DNA from: Eledone cirrhosa
Taxonomy: Eukaryota
Assembly: GCA_964016885.1 (NCBI GenBank)
Contig: OZ024743.1
Coordinates: forward strand, 330,274,001 to 330,338,000
DNA length: 64,000 nucleotides
Direction of reading: 5' to 3'
The stretch's first letter is position 1; the number at the start of each line of letters is the position of its first letter. Positions 57,401 to 64,000 of the stretch are shown piece by piece. Below the pieces are notes generated by a model. That model saw nothing but the letters and a program-made list of their open reading frames with translations. It searched no databases and was not told where the DNA came from. Both the position numbers and the translations under genes were made by a program.

Positions 57401-57610
57401 AGGCCTGACCAGAGATTGGTGGGATAGTGTAGGCTGTTTGATAGGGAAGGGTGCAGTTTTTGAACGTGAAAAGTCGGGTATGGCATGGTGTACTAGGGTG
57501 TGAGGAGTAAGTGTAAGTCGGATATGGTGCAGTGTGTGCAAGGTCGAGAACTTGGTTACTTAGGCCAGTTGAGATAAAGGGCGGCATTTTAGGTTTTGAG
57601 TTGAGGTATT

Positions 57611-59430
57611 CAATTTGATATCAATTCATACTACACCTCTATTTCCCCTATCCTATTAAATAAGGCACTAATCATGGCCATGAACAATAGTGACCTGACT
57701 AGACCCCAAATTGATGTCATACTTGCGGCCAGTAAAACCGTAATCACCTTTGAAGACGAATTATGGACCCGCAAGGATACGCAAAACAACTTCGACATAA
57801 CCATGGGATCTAGTGACTCGGCGCAGGTCACTGATTTGGTCGGCCTATATTTACTAAACGAAATCCATAAGGACCATCCATACCTCAACGGTGGTTTGTA
57901 CCACGATGACGCACTTCTACTTATAGACTATAAAAAATTCAATATAGAAAGAACTAGAAAACTATTGCACAAGACTTTCAAAAACTATAACCTAAGTATC
58001 ACCATAGACAAAAACTCTAAAAACGTTAACTTCCTAGACGCCACCCTCTACCTAGACTCAAAGATACACCATTCCATAAACCTAACGAAAAACTGATTTA
58101 CGTAGATACCAAGTCTAACCACCCTAGATCAATATTAAACTCTATCTCTAAGGGAATATCCAATAGAATCTCTAATCTATCCTATGACGAAAAAATTTTA
58201 AGCAAAAACTCGCAATATTATAATCAGGCATTAGCTAGATCAGGCCACAATAAGGAGATCGAGTTCCTACCTACAAAAACACATAACTACAACATTATTT
58301 CGCACAATATGTCCATGAGGAAAAATAGTAATAAGAATAGCAACCACACACACACGAATACGAAGGATGCCAACAAACGTAACCCACACCACAGAAGTCA
58401 CCATAATACCATAAATGGAAATATCTCACCAGACATAAAAAACAAAGGCTTTCTTCTCACTCCTGGATAAAAACTTCCCATCTGGCCACAAGTACCATAG
58501 CCTTTTAAACAAAAACACAATTAAAATCTCCTCCTCTACCACGCCTAACATAGCATACCACATAGCTAGTAGCAATAAAAGAAAAATTTATTCTTACTTC
58601 CAACAAACTAAATCACAACAAGGGGTAAATATTCAAAATAACATTATATCAACTAACTAGGGTGGTGGATTGGCAGTATCGGTAGAGGGTCGGACGCCAT
58701 GCTTTCCAGCATAGTTACGTCCCTTTACGATCTGAGTTCAAATCCCGCCGAGGTTGACTTTGCCTTTCATCCTTACGGGGTCGATAAAATAAAGTACCAG
58801 TAATGCACTGGGTAATTGCTGGCTTTGTGCCTAAAGTAGAAACAATTATATCAACTAACCCTGATATCAGTAGTAATAATAGTAATAGCACTAATGTAAG
58901 CAATGACTCTGAGAGCGACAACCCCCATAACCATAATGCAACAACTACCATCCAGACTTCTACACAACATAGTAACCGGCAGGCTAACATCCAAAATAAT
59001 TGTAACTGTAGATTTAATAGAACCTGCCCTTTAGATAAAAAATGCTTAATCAAGGATATCATATACTCATGCACCGTCACAACTAGCAACTCTTCTGAAA
59101 CCTATATAGGCTCTACTTCAAACTGCTTCAAAACCAGATACAATTCGCACCTCCATTCTTTCAAAAAACACAGTCTAGCCAACTCCACTTCACTATCTAG
59201 CTACATACACTATCTAAAAACTAAAAATAGATCTTATACACTTAAATGGGAAGTGATAGGTAAGGCGACATCGTACAAACCACCTAATAAATTTTGTAAC
59301 CTCTGTCTATTATAGACCCATACTATTATCTTCTCAAACTATAACCTCCTTAATAAAAAAATCGGAAGTGTTCGCGTCATGCCAGCACCGCTTCCGACAC
59401 TCTTTCCAAAACTTCAAACCTAATATATAG
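57611..59430 (+). pseudogene. Second PLE lineage: RT and GIY-YIG, 5'-truncated, frameshifted and SINE-interrupted
   Basis: QFDINSYYTSIS (motif A), FDITMGSSDSAQVTDLVGLYLL, GLYHDD, VNFLDATL, SNHP, FFSLLDKNFP..HKYHSLLNKNTIKIS, CNCR...CPL..KCL, IIYSC..TYIGST..FKTRYNSH..SF, CNLCL. Confidence 0.93.
58658..58844 (+). mobile_element. Full-length Deu/Nin-type SINE with 15-bp target-site duplication
   Basis: ATTATATCAACTAAC occurs at both 58643-58657 and 58845-58859. Confidence 0.93.
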
Positions 59431-60632
59431 CAATGTCAGGCTTGAACCCCATCACCACTTCTAGCAATACACCTCAAGGGCACACCTTACACCACAACTC
59501 CACACTCAATGATCCACCCTATCTTAACACAATTCGTTCCATCTATCTAAAACCTTTTACCCTAGACATACCCCCATGTACACTACTTTTAGTATAATTA
59601 CTTTCAATTACTTAGACTGTATTATATCACTATATAATTATATGTAAACTTTAAACACCGAATTCAGCAATGAATTATTTGTGCAAATGTTGTTGTATGT
59701 ATGGAGTACTATCATTAGATAAATAGAGGATTATTAACATAAGAGAACTGTATAACCTAAAGATATTTAACTTTGCCATGCAATCAGCCATACGCTGACC
59801 CAGAGCTTACCAGGGGTTATATAGACGTGGTTCTAATAGGGCCCCTGACAGGTTCTGTGAGTAGACTACATTTACAAAGAACTTTGATATGTAGATCTGA
59901 CTCTTCGTGTGGAATATTCAGTTGTAGCACTCTATGATAGGGAGTAATCATCCTAATATAGATACCTTTAGTACTTCATGATAGAGTAGACTGTGAATAA
60001 AGATAGGATACTTAAATTTGGAAACTGTATATAACCGTATATATAAGGGACTCAATTAAGACACCTTTTAAATATATGTTGGAATAATAAATTTAGTTAT
60101 AGAAATCAGCTAGTTACCTCCGCTAACACATTAACTCCCCTTAATCACACACATACTTCCGGATAATAAAACGATGTAAATTCTCGCAACAGAAACAACC
60201 TGCTCTATAAAATTGGATTAAAGAACACTGAGCCGCAACAAGCTATAATAATTTAACTTAATATATCAAAAATCCAATACAGAATCATCGTTAATTATGT
60301 GAAGGACATATAAACTATATATTACGTTTCCTGAATGTGAAAACCATAACATTTTTTTGCTTCTCATTTATACTATTTTTCTGCACACAAACTTCTTTAT
60401 CATATACAAAAAATACCTTACCACTACAACCTCCATAATACTCTTTACCCGCTTAAAGTGCTTGTATTACATATAACACCCTGCCGCACAATAATCATAT
60501 ATAAATAAGACACACGTGCATGCCCCGCGTGTAACTAATGCATACGATAACTACTACAACTGACTAACAAACTATCCTCTTACATTATCTACGTTAACTG
60601 CCGATTATATTTTAAATTTGCATTGATGTTGT

Positions 60633-60700
60633 ATTTTTATTTTTATTTTTATTTTTATTTTTTTTTATTTTTTATTTTTATTTTATTTTATTTATTTTTT

Positions 60701-60731
<31 letters not shown>

Positions 60732-60849
60732 AATTTAATTTTTTATTTTTTTTTATTTTTATTTTTATTTTTATTTTTATTTTTATTTTTATTTTTATTT
60801 TTATTTTTATTTTTATTTTTATTTTTATTTTTATTTTTATTTTTATTTT
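60633..60849. repeat. (ATTTTT)n microsatellite
   Basis: Read directly from the sequence. Confidence 0.95.
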
Positions 60850-61261
60850 GCTTTGATTCTGTTTTAATGTGATTTTAATTTTTGAATTTAAATTGCCATT
60901 CAGAAATAATATAATGTATGTCACCCCACTGTACATCAATATATATATATGTATCTGTATGTCTCTTGCGTTGGAAAGGAGGTCATGTATGTATACAAAC
61001 ATTGAAAAATGCTCCGGTTTGGATGAAACAATTGTAAGCTAATAAATGCTTTGAACATAGCTTTGGTTCCTGTGAATTCTATATAACTGCTCTGTAGAAC
61101 AACTGATGTTATTACATTGAGCTATTTATCTTACTGGTAATAAGGTAGTAATAAATTACTGTCTTTCACTGTTTAGGGTTTAAAATATATATAACTATAA
61201 AAAGTTTTAGTATATACATAACCATAAATAGTATCCTTAATAATATATATATAAAACGAAG

Positions 61262-61370
61262 GAAGTGTGATAAGGAACCAGGTGGACCATAACGCACCAG
61301 AGTACTCGATACTTTGGGTAGTAGAGTGGGTCTACTTCAGCTCTGCCGTCAGGGTCCTGAACCTTTTCCT
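61262..61370. mobile_element. PLE pseudo-LTR micro-fragment with internal inversion
   Basis: 61262-61330 is homologous to 62905-62970 (minus-strand tail). It then flips to AGCTCTGCCGTCAGGGTCCTGAA, the 3' half of the HHR on the plus strand. Confidence 0.65.
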
Positions 61371-61569
61371 ATATATATATAAATATATAAAGTGTTAAAA
61401 CGATCAAATTTTAGTTTTGAACATTTATTAGCTGACAATTGTTTCTTCCAGAGGGAAGTCTGGAATCATCGGAGCATAAGGAATGTCGAAACATGTGACT
61501 AAAATCCTAGTCATTTAGAACATTCAGGGTACATAATTGTTATTAGTGTCATGGCATACTATGACTAAG

Positions 61570-61882
61570 GTCACTGGCTTAGTGGTTAGAGCGTTGGGCG
61601 CTCAATCGGGAGGTTGTGAGTTCAGTTTATGTCACAATGCTCCAGTTCACTCAGTTGGAGAAATTAGTTGCAACGTCACTGGCGCCAAGCTGTATTGGCC
61701 ATTGCCTTCCTCTTTGACAAAATCGGTGGAGTGGGTGTTTATGCAGGTGTGACGAGCAGCATATTTTCTAAATGCAAAAACAAGTGCTTCACCTTCGAAA
61801 GAAGGATGACTCAAGAGAAGAATAAGTATATAACCCATGTATAGAACTCCGTCGGTCTCGACGATGAGTATTCCAGTGAATT
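61570..61882 (+). mobile_element. Degraded tRNA-derived SINE
   Basis: TGGCTTAGTGGTTAGAGCG A box, GAGTTCA, and GCTCCAGTTCACTCAG as in 54245-54510. The 3' piece TCCGTCGGT...CGATGAGTATTCCA is also seen at ~52826. Confidence 0.65.
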
Positions 61883-62360
61883 TTTCATGTATGCGTGTAT
61901 CCTTAGTATAATTTTCAGGGAGATAGAGAGTGGATGTGTAACAAAGGTGACGTTTTCCTGGAGAGTGGCCTGAAACTCACAACGCTCAGCCGGGAATTGA
62001 ACTCACGAACACTATGTGACCGTGTGGGTCTTTATGTCTTTTTAGCTCCAAGCTGTGTGTGTCTTTATGGTTTGTTGTTTTTTTTTTTTTTCATATGTGG
62101 TATATTAGTATTTGTGTAATATTAAAGGGGGTGTGGGGGGGGGGGGGGAGGGCTTTACCCGATTCTCTAAGCTATTTATCTCAACCAACTTCATTTACAG
62201 ATATTTTTTCAGAAACGATCGGAAAATAATGGATAAATTAACTAGCAAACAATATCTTATTCTATTTTTCATTGTTCAAAGATATATATTCTTTATTAAG
62301 GCCAAGCTGTCATATAACACACGTTCATATACCCCACCCCCCACATATATATATACACAT

Positions 62361-62549
62361 ATATTAGAAAGAGTCGATGTCTGACAGCTGAGCTAGTTCC
62401 TGACTCTGTAACCAGCTGTTGAAACGGTTCCCGATTCTTTCTAATATAGTCATACTCTACTATCCCAAGTATTGAGTACACTGTTGAATAATGGTCTAAC
62501 TAATTTAATACTAATTCAATCCTGATATGTATATATCTAATCTAAAATA

Positions 62550-62586
<37 letters not shown>

Positions 62587-62676
62587 TAGATTAGATATAT
62601 ACATATCAGGATTAAATTAGTATTAAATTAGTTAGACCATTATTCAACAGTGTACTCAATACTTGGGATAGTAGAG
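62361..62676. mobile_element. PLE pseudo-LTR relic: decayed HHR-like fold plus ~95-bp tail duplicated in inverted orientation around (TA)n
   Basis: Arms at 62455-62550 and 62581-62676; the tail is homologous to 61262-61330 and 62905-62970. Confidence 0.7.
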
Positions 62677-62679
62677 ATA

Positions 62680-62730
<51 letters not shown>

Positions 62731-62880
62731 GTTTAATATAGAAATGGCTTCTACAGGACTAGAACTGTTTCATTCAAAAGAAACCATCAGGAAAGCTTTC
62801 CTGTAGAATCCATTTCTATATTATACTTGATATTTACAGTTTACTAATATATTGAGTACCTTACTAATTGTGGTTACCCC
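62731..62880. mobile_element. Pseudo-LTR fragment related to 47717-48535, with a mutated HHR (62747-62796, minus) and an inversion
   Basis: Minus strand reads GCTTTC-CTGATGG-tttcttttgaat-GAAACAGTTCTAGTCCTGTA-GAAGC. A plus-strand tail CTGTAGAATC...ATTGAGTACCTTAC...GTGGTTACC follows. Confidence 0.8.
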
Positions 62881-62982
62881 TATATATATATATATATCAG
62901 ATAGGGTGTGGTAATAACCAGGTAGACCATAACCCACCAGAGTACTCGATACTTGGGGTAGTAAAGGGGGTAAAAAGAATTG

Positions 62983-63077
62983 ATTCAGGACCCTGACGGC
63001 TGAGCTCCGGCCGTTCCGACAGCTAGTTAAGATCTAGCTGTCGAAACGGCTGGAGCTCAGCCGTCGGGTTCCTGAAT
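62983..63077. repeat. 95-bp near-perfect palindrome built from the 3' half of a hammerhead
   Basis: Centre GACAGCTAG-ttaagat-CTAGCTGTC; the right arm continues GAAACGGCT-GGAGCTC-AGCCGTC. Confidence 0.85.
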
Positions 63078-63085
63078 ATTTTCGC

Positions 63086-63149
<64 letters not shown>

Positions 63150-63491
63150 TACATTAATGTTATAATGTATTAATGTATATATATTGAAAAATTTAGCCGA
63201 TTTTGAAGCTCCGTGTTTCTCAGTCTGTCATAAATATGGAAATGTAAAACTGTATTAGTACTAAATATTATATCCATTTATTGATATATACACAATATCT
63301 TACAATATCTTACTCGGAGAGATATAAAGTAAAGATAGACTTATTCATCGATATATTTACATGGATTGGCCCTCCTCCGTGAATGATGAGATAAAAGTTC
63401 AGAATTCATTAATTAATATTTTCTACCCTAAACTGCGGTTTATATATATACATACACACACACACGCACGCACACGCACACGCACACACAC

Positions 63492-63550
<59 letters not shown>

Positions 63551-63560
63551 CACACAAACA

Positions 63561-63595
<35 letters not shown>

Positions 63596-64000
63596 ACAAA
63601 AACCAAATCCAAGGAGGATTCCATAGGCGGTAGGGTTAGTTTCAGATGAACCTGTTTAGAGTGAATGCAGAAATTATTTGCTTAACCTTTTAATCAATAC
63701 TAATATATATATATATATTCATGTATATGTCAATATCTCTGTTTATATACACACACAAGTAGATATGTATGGGACTCTGTTTATGTTTATGGGTTTAAAA
63801 ACCGGTGTTAGGGCGATACATAGAGATCGATAAAATAAGAATTAAAGTACTGAATTAAAGTTTGAAGTGATTGCCTCAGCTGCCCACATTCAAGAGGCTG
63901 AAACCAGGAAACGAATTACTAAAAATGAATATATATTGTTGGGGCCATTTTGAACACTCCGTTATTATATTAAATGCGATGGTCACCCACAATCGAGTAT

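Overview
Repeat-dense eukaryotic DNA with no intact host gene; it is probably from an octopod cephalopod, inferred from the SINE families I recognise. The first ~38 kb holds two abutting satellite arrays: a 50-bp hairpin-containing unit (1-27948, with 1.8-kb higher-order blocks) and a 38-40-bp unit (28308-38148, with a 2.3-kb tandem duplication). The remaining 26 kb is a mosaic of micro- and minisatellites, tRNA-derived SINEs (several with a Deu/Nin-type core) and relics of several families of Penelope-like retroelements (PLEs). Two PLE relics retain RT and GIY-YIG coding sequence, and many carry hammerhead ribozyme (HHR) motifs and inverted structures. The most novel-looking object is a non-coding 622-bp partial tandem (44281-45328). 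Each copy carries a circularly permuted (type II-like) HHR motif with a compensatory base change between copies, so it is a candidate new retrozyme/circRNA element. Almost all listed ORFs are artefacts of simple repeats. Folds and alignments were done by eye.
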